Notes: a model not told the origin generated them from the letters alone. DNA of 64,000 nt from Octopus sinensis (GCF_006345805.1 NC_043021.1:2046001-2110000), one strand, 5' to 3'. Shown: positions 12,531 to 27,790, counted from the first letter of the stretch. Made by a program: numbers and translations.

Positions 12531-15500
12531 CATACAGAAGGTGCTTTTTACGTGCCACCGACACGGGTGCTAGTTATGTGACATCGGCCACATTGCCTCT
12601 GTGAGGCCCAAAGCTTGAAAGGTGCTTTTTATGTGGCGACCACAGCTATGATTTCACTATGCTTCATGGGTCTTCTCAAGCATGGCATATCACCATTATT
12701 TATTTTTTTGCTTGTTTTAGTCATTGGTGTGGTCATGAAGGGTTTAGTAGTTCGAATCAACCCTAGTATTATGTTTGGTACTTATTCCTATCAGTTCTTT
12801 TGTCCAGCCACTAAGTTATAGGGACTTAAACAAGTGCAGGTTGTCAAGTGTTAGATGACAGATGGACCCTTTTTATACATGTGTAAATAACTTTAACAGT
12901 TTCCACCCAACAAATCAACTGACTAATGCATGAATCTACCCAGGGCTGTCCAAGGTGGCATGCAATGGTGCTGAACCCTAAATCCCACAGTTGCTAAGTG
13001 GACTTCTTAAACAGGGTATTCCTTAGTTTATCAGTTGTCTAAATCGTGTATACAGAAGTTTTTAGATAAGCTAAGAAAATGTTTTTCTTTTTTTTTATGT
13101 TACATAGTTTGTAGAATAACATATGATGCAAATGATGCTGAATGTTTGCTTAATTCTTGACTATAGCTGTGTATGTGGTATGTCCTGGAGTTGTAAAAAA
13201 ACAAACTGTTGTGATGTGGCTAAGAGCAAAAGGGAAAATAAAACAGGAAGTGATGTTTAAAAGATATTTACATTTATGACTCGTTGCATAGAAAAATGAG
13301 AATTAGACTTTTTTAAACATTTGAAAAAGTTTTTGTTGGGAAACATAAAATTAGTGAACCAGCAAAGAATATTTCAGCTACTTGGTGGTATTCCTGTACG
13401 AAACAAATTACTGATAAAACTGAAGAACTAAAGGAAACAACAGATGGAGAAGGGCCTAAATGTCTGGGATAAATTAAGATCATTTTAATGCCCACTTTTC
13501 TATGCTTGCACAGGATGAAGTTTCTTCTCAGCATTACATGGCCAAAACAAGAAAACACCTGTGCTTTGGTCCCAGAACTATAGTAGAAGACACTTGCCGA
13601 AGGTGCCATGCAGTGGGGCTGAACCTAAAACCATGTGGTTGGGAAATAAACTTATTACCCATAGCCACACCTTTGCCTATTGTAATTATTTTGTTGACTC
13701 ATTTTAGGTGTGTAAAAAAGGAAAAGAAAAAAATAAGTTATGTACACTTAGAATTAATTGGTTCAGTCTCTGGTGATTGTCAGGTGTTTTCATTCCTGGA
13801 GGTGTCCATACTGACTGAATTTAAACGAGGAGCATTTATTTCCAAAGTAACAATAGTAACATGCTTCGTTTAGAAAATGAAGTGTTTTTGTTTGTTTTGT
13901 TTTTTTAATCCAGTCTATTGTCTCAATGTAGACATTTAGAAAAAAGACTTTAGTGATTTTGATGATTGAAGATTAGACTACTTGAGATGTTGTGAAAGGG
14001 GTGAATATTAAATCTTTCGGCTCTGAAGATGGGGTTTGGTTAACAAACCAAATAATCGTCTTGGCAGAATAAATCTTAAACCCTTTTAGCATTTAAACTG
14101 GCCATGTCTGGCCCAAATAGTTTTCTTGTTTTATATTTAAATCAGCCAGATTTGGCCTCCTCAAAGCCACAAGATGATGCACGAGCATTTCAAGACAATG
14201 TCAATAAAGAAGCATTACATTTGACTAATCTGAATGTCCAAAGGGTTAATGCTGCCAAAGACAGAAAGATGATGCCTTGGGTCATGGTTGAAGTCATTGT
14301 CTTCTTCATTGATCAAAGGATGAACACCTTTCACTTCAACAGAGGATGCATCTATGAAGGGGACAAGAGGATCACAACTGCCCCCACTTGTATGCTTACG
14401 TCTTCCTCCATCTAACTGAAGTGGTACTTATCTATTGTTGTAGTTGTGTGATTTCCTCACTGCTGCATGTAGTGTCAATGAGCTTCAGCCATGTGCTAAC
14501 AAACTGCACATCAGATCCATTCCCATACATTAATATCCTCAATTGCAAGAACAAAACCAGGACAACTGAGAATGCAAAGTGGTTGAAACAGTTTCCAAAT
14601 TTTGCATTCCGTGCTATAAAACTTAGTTCCAGATGATATCTACCCTGCATCATTGCTTCCCCTACTAGCATGACTGTGTCACCATCTGCACTAGTTACCT
14701 CTCTTGGTCTACTGCTGTTAACTTTAGAGTTGTTCAGGTGAAGCTTACTTATTTTCTCCATGCCTCATTTCAACAAAATGTGAACATGCCACTAAACACA
14801 CACACACACACATTTAATGTAAATGTGTACATGTTGGATGACCACCGACTTCCTGGAGTTCATCTGCTTTTTGGACAGGTCTTGTTTTTCATCCTGTAGG
14901 GTGGCTAAAATCACTCTTTTCGCCCAGCAAGTTTGATGAGGTTGCCAGTTTGGTTGCTGGCCATGCAAAAGTTATGTTAACAATAACCCTCCTCTCAAAC
15001 AACCTGACTTTATACATGTGGATGGATTGTAGCTATAATTTAAAGGGTTCTGCCTTACCACACACTGTCCTGTTTATTCTGCCTCAGAATCATGTTAGGG
15101 GTACCCGTGTATGGAATGCTCAGTCATTTGCATATTAATTCAGGGGCAGGTAATTCATTTGATCATTAAACAACAATTCTCATCAGCAAATGTTGGAGAT
15201 TCATGAAAAATTTCAATTACAAGAGACCTAAAAACCACATTACATGCTGTCAGTACCCTAAATGTGTCTGTGAAGCAAAATACCATTACAAGCCTCTGTT
15301 TACTGTTGGGCTAACTTAATTTTTCCACTGAACAAATTTCTGTCCACCAAACCAAGTGAGAGAACCCTAAATCAGATGGTTGTGACTAAGGGCTTAGTGC
15401 AGCCCGAATGAAGTACGTTGCTGATTTCATCTTTTAAAAACTTTTTGATATCAAATCGCCTGGGACTGCCCCTTTGTGGTTCTATAATACAAGCTACTTG

Positions 15501-15656
15501 TTTTAAAGGGATCTAAATTGAATCTTCCCATTAAAATTTAATATTAGTGTTCCAGACATCAGCTTAACGATGACAGTAATTTTACTATAGTCTTCACCAT
15601 TTACATAATTAATTTGGAAGTGGGGACCGTTTCAATAGAAATCTGGTTTCAAAAGG

Positions 15657-15870
15657 TAACCCTTTAGCATTCAGATTATTCTGTCAAAAGCAATGCTTAT
15701 TTATTCACATGGTTTCACATTAATCATGCAATATTGCAAAGCTACAAGATTTTCATTATGTGGTTGTTTATTTTAAGACGACATTGTAAGAACCCAAATC
15801 CAGCCAGTTTGAACATAAAACCAAATATTTTAGCCAGATTTGGCTGGTTTAAATGCTAAGGAGCTAAAGC
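15657..15870. mobile_element. piggyBac-like MITE (TTAA-CCCTTTAGCATT ... AATGCTAAAGGG-TTAA family)
   Basis: CCC/GGG termini with TTAA-like flanks. Other copies at ~14080, 21594-21803, 28540-28655, 40110-40271 and 44900-45327. Confidence 0.7.
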
Positions 15871-16581
15871 ATTTTTTTTTTCCCCCCAACTATTTGTGAA
15901 TTTTAGAAACATTTAGATTTTCTTATTTACGCTTGTAATTACTTGTTTAATTATGATTTGTAGTCTAAACCTGAAAACAATGTCTACTGTTGGTGGGGGG
16001 TTTCTTGATAAGTAATAATTCCAAATGGTGTACCTTGTGTGCACTTGCACAATTGTCAACAGCAAGAACTCCCATGAAAGGGATTCCTTCAAATACTCTG
16101 AAGATTCCGTAAAGGAAATTGATAGCTTCTGCAATTTTGGGGGATTAATTAGCAGTGAAGGTAAGTGCTCCTGGAAGCATAATAATCTGTCAGAATAGTA
16201 AGAAAATGTGGACATTGGATGCAGAAGATGTGCAAAAGCTTGAAAGAAAAGAGACCAGCATCTTGTAATGGATGTGTTAGTGTCAGTGGGCAAAAATGAC
16301 AGAGGGAAAATACTGGGTATATGTCAAGTTGAATATATAGTGGAAGAGAGAGAAGGGTGTGTTATGGACATGTGATGCATTTGGTTAATAGCTGGGTAAA
16401 AAAAAAAAAAAGGACCAAGTGGAAAGAACGTGTTGGAAGAAGACAGCGAGTAGTAAGTCTGAGAACTGATCTTGAGATGCTCGATCTTGCAAAAGTTACA
16501 TGTTTTGTGACCTGGTGAGATGCTGAGCAGGAAGATACCTGTCCGACCCATGCAACCTTGGAAAAGTAGATGTAAAGCTAA

Positions 16582-16866
<285 letters not shown>

Positions 16867-17968
16867 TAACTTGCAATTTAATTCCCCCACCATGATTTTA
16901 ATTGAAGTATAAAAGGTAGTGTTAATGTATGGCAGGTCTGGAGCTAATCCGTGTTCAACCTCAATCCAAAGGCCTGGTCTATGTCGTAGCAGCAGAGAGA
17001 ATTCCACTTGAACTACTGAAGTATCAGGTGGTTGTGTGGAACTGGTCAGACAGTAGAAACCACTAAGAATTAAAAGTTGGTGACTATTAGACTGGCATGG
17101 CACAGTTCAGTAACCGAAACTAGTAAAAGCAGGAGAGTGATTAAGTCTCTCTCGACAAGTTTATGGTCTTTAGACACATTAGTCTTCAGTTGAATTCCAA
17201 TACACCAGTGGGTTTACGACCCCTTCCTCCCCCTATAAATTTGAGGCCTTGAGTTCACTATCTTACTTTTCTTAGTAAAATATTAGCCATCAGAAGTTCA
17301 TCTCTCTCCACAGATCTAGCAGTAGCATGGGGCCCATTATTTCATTTACAAGTTTTTTTTTTTTTTAATGCAGTTTCAGATTCACTGCCACCAAGTTGGG
17401 AAGCAGATTACATGTCTGGTTGATTAGTTTTGACTGTTAGGGGGGCAAAATCCTTTGTTCGTGTCTGTTGTTCCTGTCTATTGATGGGACGGGGACAATA
17501 GCATATTTAATGTGTTGTAAATCAGTGGTGAGAGCTGAGCTGAGGCAGGTAGGGTTCTGTGGGTGCAAGATTTTCATGCCCATTGTTGGTGAGCTCCAGA
17601 TCAGCATCAACTGTGATCCTCTTGTCCAATCTTAAGATGAAGATAAACATTTAGGGTAACATTATCCAGCATTCCCCCTCCCTAAAAGATTGTCTGGGAT
17701 TTGAGGGTGATTTGGCTGCCGCACCGAGCAGATTGAGCAAACCTGTCGGGGAAAGATATTCTGCCATACTAAGAAAGTATCGTGTGATTTGGCTATTATT
17801 TTTAGCAAATCTAGTGACCATATAAAAGTTCCCTTAATTTGTATCTATTGTAGTTTCAGAACGATTGTTTTATAAAATTGCATCTCTCTCTCCCTCCCCT
17901 TTTTTTCTCATCGTCCCCTGGCCCTGCTCTTTTTGTTCTGTTATTCTCCCCTCTGTACTGTTTCCTAA

Positions 17969-18133
<165 letters not shown>

Positions 18134-18697
18134 CATTTATAAACTTCGCTTTTTAGGGATCTAAAACAAAACAAAATACAAAAAAAAAAAATTTAATGAA
18201 AAAAAAAAAATATTTGGAAAATCGTGCAACATTGATAATGAGCCAAAGGAGGCATGACTGCTTTCAGAACTAGCTTGTTTGACAGCGGAGATACGCGCAG
18301 GGTTGGGCTGGGTGGCATTTCAACACAAATCTATATTTCTCAAACATGCCTCACTCGAGTAAAACTATCCAATTTTTGTAAAGTAGAATGAATAGCCATG
18401 TCTAAAGTTTCTTGAAATAATAAAAAGAAAAACTGCGTAGCGTCTTGGTGTCTTTGGCCGTGGTTTCTTGAGATATCGTGTAATTTGGTTGGCCATTTTC
18501 ACCCCCCTTAGTTCTGGCATTGATTCCACTGATGTCTCATGCAACCACGGTTACTTCTGTTAAGAATGTAGTGCACTGTTGATGGCTCTCTTTGACTTTC
18601 AATTCTCATCTTGGTAAGGAAAAACAAAAAAATGTGCATGGTTACAAAAGCCATCTTTTGTCAGTAAAACCTGTTTACCCAACAGTTGTATTGCTGC

Positions 18698-18703
18698 AAT
18701 AAA
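18698..18703 (+). terminator. Probable proximal polyadenylation signal of UBE2D
   Basis: AATAAA ~565 nt after the stop, followed by a U/GU-rich tract (ttctgtcttttgttg). Another AATAAA at 18419-18424. Confidence 0.5.
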
Positions 18704-19829
18704 CACTTAATTCTGTCTTTTGTTGACCTTTATTTGCTTTCATTACATGTCCAGCTGTTGTATTTCTGAAGGATAAAAAAAAAAAAAAACAAAAACAAAA
18801 AAGGATTGGAGGGGTGAACTAACAAAAAAAAAAAAGAAACAAAACCAACAAGTGTTTCAAAGTATCAGGGGGTTAATCTAAAAAAAGAAAAAAGAAAAAC
18901 AACCAAAGAATTCTTTCTTTCCTTAATGTAATTGGCACACCAAACTGGATAGACCTTCTTTCTCTCTCTCTCTCTCCTTCTCTCTGTCATTCTCTTTTTC
19001 TTTCTTTCTCTTGCTTCCTTCCTTTCTAAATTGCCTAGTTCTTCTTCTTCACGTTTTCTTCATCCCACCAGATGCTGTTAAAAGTCCCAGGAATATTCCT
19101 GAAAAATTGTAAACTTCAGTTTGAAAAAAAAAAATGGCAAAAAAAAAAAAAATTTCAAAAAAATATCAGATTCAGTAAGAAAGGCTGTATTGTGAAATAA
19201 ATGACTTCCTCACATTTAATTAGGTTATTTTTAATTATTGAGGCTTTTTTTTTTTCATTTTATTTCATTTGATTTATAATGTTTGCATCCAGCAGAAAAT
19301 GGGTGACCTCTTGGAATATATATTTATTTATTCATCACACACACACACACACACACACACATGCACTCACTACACACTCTGTCTCTCTTTCACTCCTATA
19401 TCTTTACAAATTGCTTTGTGGAGGGTTCACAACTTTCAGAAAGAAATTAAGAGTTAAACAGTGGAGGTGAGCAAATGACATGGGTGAGATGTTAACATGT
19501 TCAGTGTGTGTGTGTGTTAATGGATGTGAATCCTGTATTTACAATTTTTTTTTTTTTTTTTAGCAAAATCTCAGGTCTGCCGTTGTGCACTTGGCATTAG
19601 GCTTGGTGCTACCCCTTCTAGAATTTGTCTGAAACATGTTGAGGCCTTCAACAATTTCCACGGGCTGGGTTGGATTTCAGTCGAAGATTTTAAGTTCTAC
19701 CTCTGACATTAATAATATTATTTTCTTCATACTTCTTTATTCTGTGGTTTTGAATTATATACATTAAAAAAATTTTTTCATTATTTTAATGGGCAGGGGG
19801 CTTCACTCTGAATAAAATTTAACTGTAGT

Positions 19830-21210
19830 GGTATTATAAAGTCGTCCGTCTTTACTTTCTGAGTTCAAATTCTGCTGAGGTCAACTTTACCTTTCATCCT
19901 TTCAGGATCAATAAAATAAAGTACCAGTTGAACACTGGGGTCGATGTAATCAACTAGACTCCTCTTCCTAAATTGCTGGCTTTGTGCCAAAATTTCAAAC
20001 CACCACCACCATTATTATTATTATTAAGGCGACAAGCTGACAGAATCATTAGCACGCTGGGCGAAATGCTTATTGGTATTTCGTCTGTCCTTATGTTCTG
20101 AGTTCAAATTCTGCTGAGGTTGACTTTGCCTTTCATCCTTTTGGGGTTGATCAAATAAGTACCAGTTACACACTGGGGTCGGTGTAATCGACTTAATCCC
20201 TTCCCCCAAATTTGAGGCCTTGTGCTTCCAGTAGAAAGGGTTATTATTATTAAGATAGCTAGCAGAGTTGTTTATGCGTCAGACAAAATGTTTAGTATTT
20301 TGTCTCCTTTATGTTCTGAGTTCAGATGCTGACATAGTTGGCTCTGACTTTTTATTCCTTTGGGGGTCAATAAATAAGTACCGTTTAAGCATGGAGATCA
20401 ATGTAATCAACTTACCTCCTCCCCCTAAAATGGCTAGCCCTAACCCCAAAATTGAAACCATTATTATTGAGGTGGTAAGCTGGCAGAATTATTTACTGAA
20501 CTGGACAAAATGCTTTGTGGCATTTCTTCCAGAAGTGGATGTTCTGAATTCAAATTTTGCTGAGGCTAACTCAAGCCTTTCATCCTTTCAGGGTAAATAA
20601 AATGAAGCCCCAGTCAAACACTGGTGTTGGTGTAATCAACTCGCCTGCTCCTCCACATAAATTGCTGGCCTTGTGCCAAACATTTAAAACCATTATTATT
20701 ATGATGATGGGGAATTGTTGGAGCATTTGGACAAATGCCTTGTGGTAATTCTTGTAATTCTTTGTGCTTTAAGTTCAATCCCCATCAAGTCCACTTTTGC
20801 TGTTCATCTCTTCGGGATCAGTAAAATAAAGTACTGGGAGTCAATTTCCCATTTTCCCAAATTTCTGGTCTTTATTTGCTTTTGTTAGAAACAATTCTGC
20901 CGAGATTGGTGATTTTTGCCTTCATCCTTTTGGAGTGGTCTTTGAAATGGGTATCAGTTTAGCAATGGGATTGTTGTGATCGGTCAATCCCCCACCCCCA
21001 GGGCCTTGTGCTTATAATAGGGTTATTATTAATTCCACCAAGGTCAACTTTGTCCAAGTTCGAATTCTCCTAACGTTGACTTTACTTTTCTTCCTTTCGG
21101 GGTTGATAAAATAAGTACCAGTTGAATACTGGGGTTGATGTAATTGACTTATCCCCCTTCCTTGAAATTGCTGGCCTTGTGCCTAAATTTGAAATCATTA
21201 TTATTATTGC
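19830..21210 (+). repeat. Head-to-tail array of ~6-7 diverged tRNA-SINE copies separated by (ATT)n
   Basis: Core gagttcaaatt...gcctttcatcctt...aaataagtaccag repeats every ~200-220 bp. Confidence 0.8.
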
Positions 21211-21593
21211 TTGTTACTGTATTTAGAATTTCATTAATAAATTTCTCATCTTCCTAATTATCAAGAGGAGCATTGTGTACGTGATGGTCTTTTCTTCTTT
21301 CCAATGAAATTTTTTTAGGGAACTAACTTTAGTTTTGTTGCATTGTGGGTATGACTCCCCCCCTGACCCTTATTTCTTTCTCCCTTCATTTGTCAAGCTT
21401 ATCTCTCGGATTTCCAATAGCTGGTTCACTGGTGCTGTTCCAAGCAGAAAACTTTTTTTTTTTTTTTGTTAATTGACTCTGAGCCAAGTAATTTCGTTAA
21501 TTAAAACTCAATTAAGCCATGTCTAATAGCAGCACCATTTGTCACAATTTGGCAGCTACTTATTATTTCTCATCTTACAACTCTCTTTTTCCC

Positions 21594-21803
21594 CCCTTTT
21601 AGCATTCAGGTTACTCTTGTCACACGTAATGCTTATTTATTCACATTGTTTTCAACTAATTCTGCATTATCTCACAGCTTCAAGATTTCAATATGAGATT
21701 GTTTATTTTTAGAATGGCATTGTAGGGTAGGTGTGAGCCCAGATCTGGCCCCAATTTGAACATATAGAACAAGTAGACTATTATTAAAATGCTAAAGGGT
21801 TAA
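21594..21803. mobile_element. piggyBac-like MITE, near full length
   Basis: cccttttagcatt ... aatgctaaagggTTAA terminal inverted repeats. Confidence 0.7.
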
Positions 21804-23535
21804 ATCACTTTTTTCTTTAAAAAAAACAAAACAAAATACTTCAGTCTGCAAATTTCCAACATTGCTAATTTGACTGATTTAATTTAACTTAGGGAATAAA
21901 AAAAAAAAGTATTGAAGTTTTCATCTAGCATATTCTACACAGATTCCTCAATCTTTTTCTTTCTTTCATGTGGTTTTGTAAGTTATCCAGGTTTTAGCGT
22001 TCTGATATTTTCCAAAGACTATCTTTATTGCTTAAGGTATATTGTATAAATAAAAAGAAAAGAAACAGTTTGGACAGTAATTCTCTCACTTTACAAGGAT
22101 TTAATCACAAATATGAATGCTTCTCTCACTGAAGTTTTTATAATAAAAAGGGTTTTTAAATACCCTCCCCCCCTCAAAATAAGGTTTCTCTAAACTTCTT
22201 TCTATGGTTAATTTAGTAATAACATCCTTCATGGTGCAGGCCCAATAATTTTCAATAAAATCAATACTTTGAAACTATGTATCTTTAAAAGAAATTGATT
22301 TAAATCCAATTCTTTACAGCTCTTGCTATTTAGTGTGAGGGCAAGTTTTTTTTTTTTTTTTCCTTTCCCCTGCTAGTTGTGATTGTATGTGAAAATCTAT
22401 TACAGAAGCATCTTGTCTTAAACTTAACCTTTAAACAATTCTATACAAGAGATTAGTGTTTTTTTTTTCTTTTTTTCTTTTTCCTATTTCTTGCTAACTT
22501 TGGTCAGTAACCGATCTATAAATATTTAAATTCTACCAAAACTTCCCTCTTTTTTCAGCCTGTAATTTCTACTAGATCTATATAATTAAAAGCTTCCAAG
22601 TATTCTGGAGTTACATATTTTTTTTAAAAATTGAAACTATTTAAATCTGTTTTTTTTTTTTTTTTTTATTAATCTCTCTCTCTATTAATGCTTTCAAATC
22701 TGGGAGTGAAGGTTATGCAATTCTATTCTCAACCAAAAGTCTAACTTTAAATGTTGTTTTATCGGATGTCTCGCTTGGATTGATGTCTTTCAGAACTCTG
22801 TGACAGTTTGAGTCGAAGTTCAGCGTAAAGCACCCAGTACCCTCCACCACTGTGTATTCCAGAAGCCCCACCCCTACTCCGTTTCCCCTCCGTGATTATT
22901 CAAACCTTATACAAGATACATTTTCAATAAATGTTTAACTTAACTCTCAAATGTACTCCATTTCTCTCCAATTGTATTTTGACTTCTCTACTTTATTTTT
23001 TTAAAATTAAATTTAATGTAATAAACTTTGAATAAAGCCCAGTTCATTCCAAAGAAAGAAAAAAGAAATTGTAAAAGATGCAGATACTGCCTGTTTTGGT
23101 GATGCTAGATAAATTTAGTTCGTGGGTTACAAAGAGGGGAGGTGCTTTGTTTTTCAGCATAATGTGAATATTTCTTAACTTTGGTTGGCCGTGGAGTCGA
23201 GTACTGAAAGTATTTGAGACTAAAACACTAAAAGAAAATGGGGTGGAAACTGATAGCAAAATACACATCCAAATGGTTAAAAAAAAAAAATGTTATTGTA
23301 TATAACGTATTTATTGTCTGTTCACTTTCAAGAAAAATATTACTTTTAACTAATTCTATGAAAGCAGTTCACAGATCTGTTGTCTGCTGAGGAAAATTTT
23401 TTAATGAAAAATTAAAAATTTATCAAGCTATTTTAAAAAAAAAGTTAAAAGTTTTTTCAGAGTATATATTAATACAAAATTGACATTCTTTTCAGAGTGT
23501 ATCATATATATATATATACATATATACATACATAT

Positions 23536-23582
<47 letters not shown>

Positions 23583-26500
23583 ATTTTACAAATTTGTATG
23601 GTTTTGACGATTATGGATTTCTTAATTGGTTTTTAAAAAATCTTAATTGTTGACATCCTGTTAATGTGTGTGTTTTTTTTTTTTAATCATTAGCGTGTGT
23701 GTTTTGCTTTGCATTAGACTTGATTGCTAAAATACATATCAATCTGTATTTGATATCATCATACTTTGAAATGACGACTTGTCTTTTTACATTAAATTTG
23801 TTTCATGATTTCTATTGAAGACTTACTGTGATTGATTTTCCTTTTTTTTTCTTTTTTTTTTAAATATAAATTATGCATATTTTGTGCAGAGTTACAACAC
23901 AACATGCAAAACAAAAAAAAAAAAAAATTCAAAAATCCTAGAAGTTGCCAATTCATTTTAATGAACCATTTCAAAGACTTCTGTAGTAATTATTATTGTT
24001 ATTTAGCTTTGCATTGGATCTAGCTGTAGTTGTCACCAGATACATTAGTCTTTCTGCCAATCTGAAGAAAAAAACCATTTAGAGTCCTATGTGTGTAGGC
24101 CTCATTTCTCCTGCTTCCAACTAATCTAGTTGTATTCATTTCACTGCAGTTGCTTCTAAAGATTATAAACATTGCTATAAATGACTAACACTTTAGATAT
24201 CTCTGATGGTCAGTGTGTGTAGGAGGGTAGAGAGAAGCATGTCGGTTGGAGACCTGTGTTGTGGCTTTGAAAGCTGCTATTTCTAACTTCTACTTTTCCA
24301 TGCTTGCATGGGCGAGACAAAGTTAATTGCAGGAGAACGTCTTCAGGTGGATGCCTTTCCTGTTTCCATGCAAACTAATATTTCCCCGAATAACCAGACA
24401 TGTCCTTGCAGTATATTGGGAATGAACGACACTGCTTGTATGACAGTGACACTCGTTTACAGCTATCATTCAATGTCAACACAGACATACACATGCATGC
24501 TCACATATATACGACAGGCTTCTTACAGTTTCCCCCTCTATCAGAACCACTCATAAGGTTTTGGTTGGCCTGGGGTTACAATAGGCATTTGCCCAAGGTG
24601 TTCAGTAGAACTAAACTTGAAACAATGTAATTGGGCAACAAACTTCTTACCGATGCAGCCATGTCTGATTCTTGACACCAAAGACTGCGATTGTTCCTTG
24701 ACATGAGAGCCTCTGCTATTTAAGCAGAAGTGGGAAGCTCGTCTCATTTGTAGGAGTTCTCCATTATTGCAGTATGTGCTGGCCTTATACTTTTCTACTC
24801 AAGGCACAAAGCCCGAAATTTTTGGAGAGTGGGGGGACAGTCAATTAGATTGACCCCAGTATGCAACTGGTACTTAATTTATCGACCCCAAAAGGATGAA
24901 AGGCAACGTCAGTCTCGGCAGAATTTGAACCCAGAACGTAAAGACACTAAATACTTCTAAGCATTTCGCCTGGCATGCTAATGTTTTTTGCCAGCTCGCT
25001 GCCTTGTGCTGGCCTCTACTTGGCCAAACTTAGAGTACATCAAAGTTGATTTCTGTAAGTTTTTATGATGTGGTTGTCCCTTGTTACCATGTCACTTTGC
25101 TCAGTTTAATATTGCTTTCAAATTTTGGCACAAGGCCAGCATTTCCAAGGGAGGGTCTTAGTTAATTATATTGACCCCAGTACTCAACTGGTACTTATTT
25201 TATTGATTCCAAAAGAATGAAAGGCAAAGTCAACCTCAGCAGAATTTAGATGAAATACCTCTAAGTATTTTGCCTGGCAGGGGCAAAAATTCTGTCATCT
25301 CACTGCCTTCTGCTCAATTTAATATGGCTGAGTGGTTAAAGAAGTTTGCTTCACAACCCCAATGATGCCATATTCAGTCCTGCTGCATGACCTCTTGAGC
25401 AAGTATTTTTACTATAGCCACCAGTCAATCCAGAGTTTGTAAATGAAACCAGACAAACTACGAAACCTTGTCAAATGGATTGCACCTCTAACTCCAAAGA
25501 TCTTGCTTTGATATTTTCTGTCACATTATTTTAATTCCTGGGAATTTCATAAATGGTACATTGGTCTGCTGTTCTTGGCTCCTTAAATATTAATTCAACA
25601 ATTGGATCGGTCAGTTGAATGCTAATCAGAGGACTCCTCATTACTATTTGTTCCTCTTACAATCTAATTAGGGACCCTCTACAGTTTCAGCAGCCTGACC
25701 CAGCTCAAAGCCCAGTTTCCAGAATGAGGTGGGGCAGGGCTGGGATACATCTTTTACTCCTTTCAGTCACTGGACTGCGGTCATGCTGGAATACTACCTT
25801 GAAAGGTTTAGTTGAAAAAATTCACCCCAATACGTTGTTTTTGTTAAAAAATCTGGTACTTATTCTGTTGGTTTCCTGCTGAACTGCTACATTAAATAAA
25901 TGTTCCTTCTCAAGCCATGCCAGGCTCATAAGGGCCGGTTTCATTGGCGTAGAAATTCCCCATCTGGTTAGGATGCTGGTCTGTCACAGAATTACTCATT
26001 TTTGCCAGCTGAGTGGACTGGAGCAACATGAAATGAAGTGTTTTGCTCAAGAACACAATGCATAGCCTGGTCCAGGAATTGAAACCACAACCTTACAATC
26101 ATGAGTTCAACACCCTAACCACTAAGCCATGCGCCTCCACAAACTACTACGCTAAGGGAACGTAAACAAACTAACACCAGATGTCAGTTGGAGGTGAGGG
26201 CAAACACACACACATATGACATATTTCTTTAAGCTTCTGCCTACTGAGTCCACTCACAAGGCTCTGGTTGCCCTGCAGTGGGACTGAACTCAGAACCATG
26301 TAGTTGGGAAGCAAACTACTTCCCACACAACCACTTCTGAGCCTTTGACATTTCTTGAGAAGAAAAGATCAACCGGATGGTCACTGTTTGAAAGTTTTTA
26401 ATCATAATGTTCACTAGATCAGGTCTAAACATTATTGCATACCAGCCACTTTGACATAAGGTAGTAAAATTGGCACGGGGCTAAAGAATTCATGCCACAC

Positions 26501-26704
26501 TTAACCCTTTCGATACCAAACCGGCTCTGGCTCTGTAGTACAAATGTCTTGTTTTCATAAGTTTTGGATTAAAATCTTCCACCAAACCTTAGTCACAATT
26601 TATGTTCCTAACACTAGCTGAATGATAACTAAGTCATCTTATTAAATTTTTTGTTATAAGAAACACAGAGCATCTCAAGAGATATATGGTAATGAAAGAG
26701 TTAA
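26501..26704. mobile_element. Second piggyBac-like MITE family (TTAACCCTTTCGATACC ... GAAAG(A/G)GTTAA)
   Basis: TTAA at both ends. Homologous copies at 41380-42465 (interrupted) and ~42490-42670. Confidence 0.72.
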
Positions 26705-27399
26705 AAGTAATTCCAAGATTAGAGAATTTGGTAGAATGTTCTCTGAACAAACCAATCACAACAAAACTTCCCCCTCTGACTGAGTCCTCATCATGAATAA
26801 AGAAAAAGAAAATGGTAAAATCCATTAAAATGAGTTCAGATGCTTGTCTTCATGTTCTGATTCCATGGTGGTAACTAGCACCATAACATCTCCCAGGATT
26901 AAACTTTCTTTTCAGGGCCCAGGATGAGAAAATATACGAATCATGTGGTTGGTAAAATGTGAAAAAAAAAACATTACATATGATAAACTAAATGCTAAAA
27001 GGTTAAGGGTATGCATGTCTGTGGAACGCTCAGCCACTTGCACGTGAAATTTCACAAGCAGGCTGTTCTGTTGATTGGGTCAAATGAAACCCTTGTCATT
27101 GTTGTACCTGACAGAGTAACAGTGGTTCTGTGGATCATTGACATTTGTAAAGAGAAAAAGGGCATTAACTGTTTCTGCTCAAGCTGGGGCATTTGATCCT
27201 TTGCACGATTAAAATTTAATGGTCATTCCCATAATGAGATTAATTATCCATCAAAAAATAGTGATATTTTCTACCTCAGCAATGCTACTTTTTTCTGTAT
27301 CCCCTATAGAAGATACGGTTTTCATAAAAATATTTCATTCTTGCTCTACAAAGAGATATTTCATGAAATATGTGGCAAAAAAATTAAGAAAATAGGTGC

Positions 27400-27790
27400 A
27401 GGAGATGCTGTGTGGTAAGTAGCTTGCTTACCAACCACATGGTTCCAGGTTCAGTCCCACTGTGTGGCACCTTGGGCAAGTGTCTTCTACTAAGGCCTTG
27501 GGCCGACCAAAGCCTTGGGAGTGGATTTGCTAGACAGAAACTGAAAGAAGCCCGTCATATATGTATATATATATATATGTGTGTTTGTGTTTGTTCCCTA
27601 CCCCCACCATCACTTGACAACCAATGCTGGTGTGTTTACGTCCCCATAACTTAGCGGTTCTGCAAAACAGACCGATAGAATAAGTACTAGGCTTACAAAG
27701 AATAAGTCCTGGGGTCGATTTGTTTGACTAAAGGCGGTGCTCCAGTATGGTCACAGTCAAATGATTGAAACAAATAAAAGAATAGTATCT
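27400..27790 (+). mobile_element. tRNA-headed SINE of a third family (tgtgtggtaagtagcttgc...ggttcagtcccactg...gaaactgaaagaagcccgtc) with extended 3' part
   Basis: A/B-box-like head. Related copies at 24560-24660, 35650-36000, 45790-45960, 50545-50760, 57420-57670 and 60260-60560. Confidence 0.75.

Noticed and set aside
14104-14761. 103-109-aa ORFs in a slightly GC-richer intronic block
   Set aside because: No recognisable domain on either strand; likely decayed TE.
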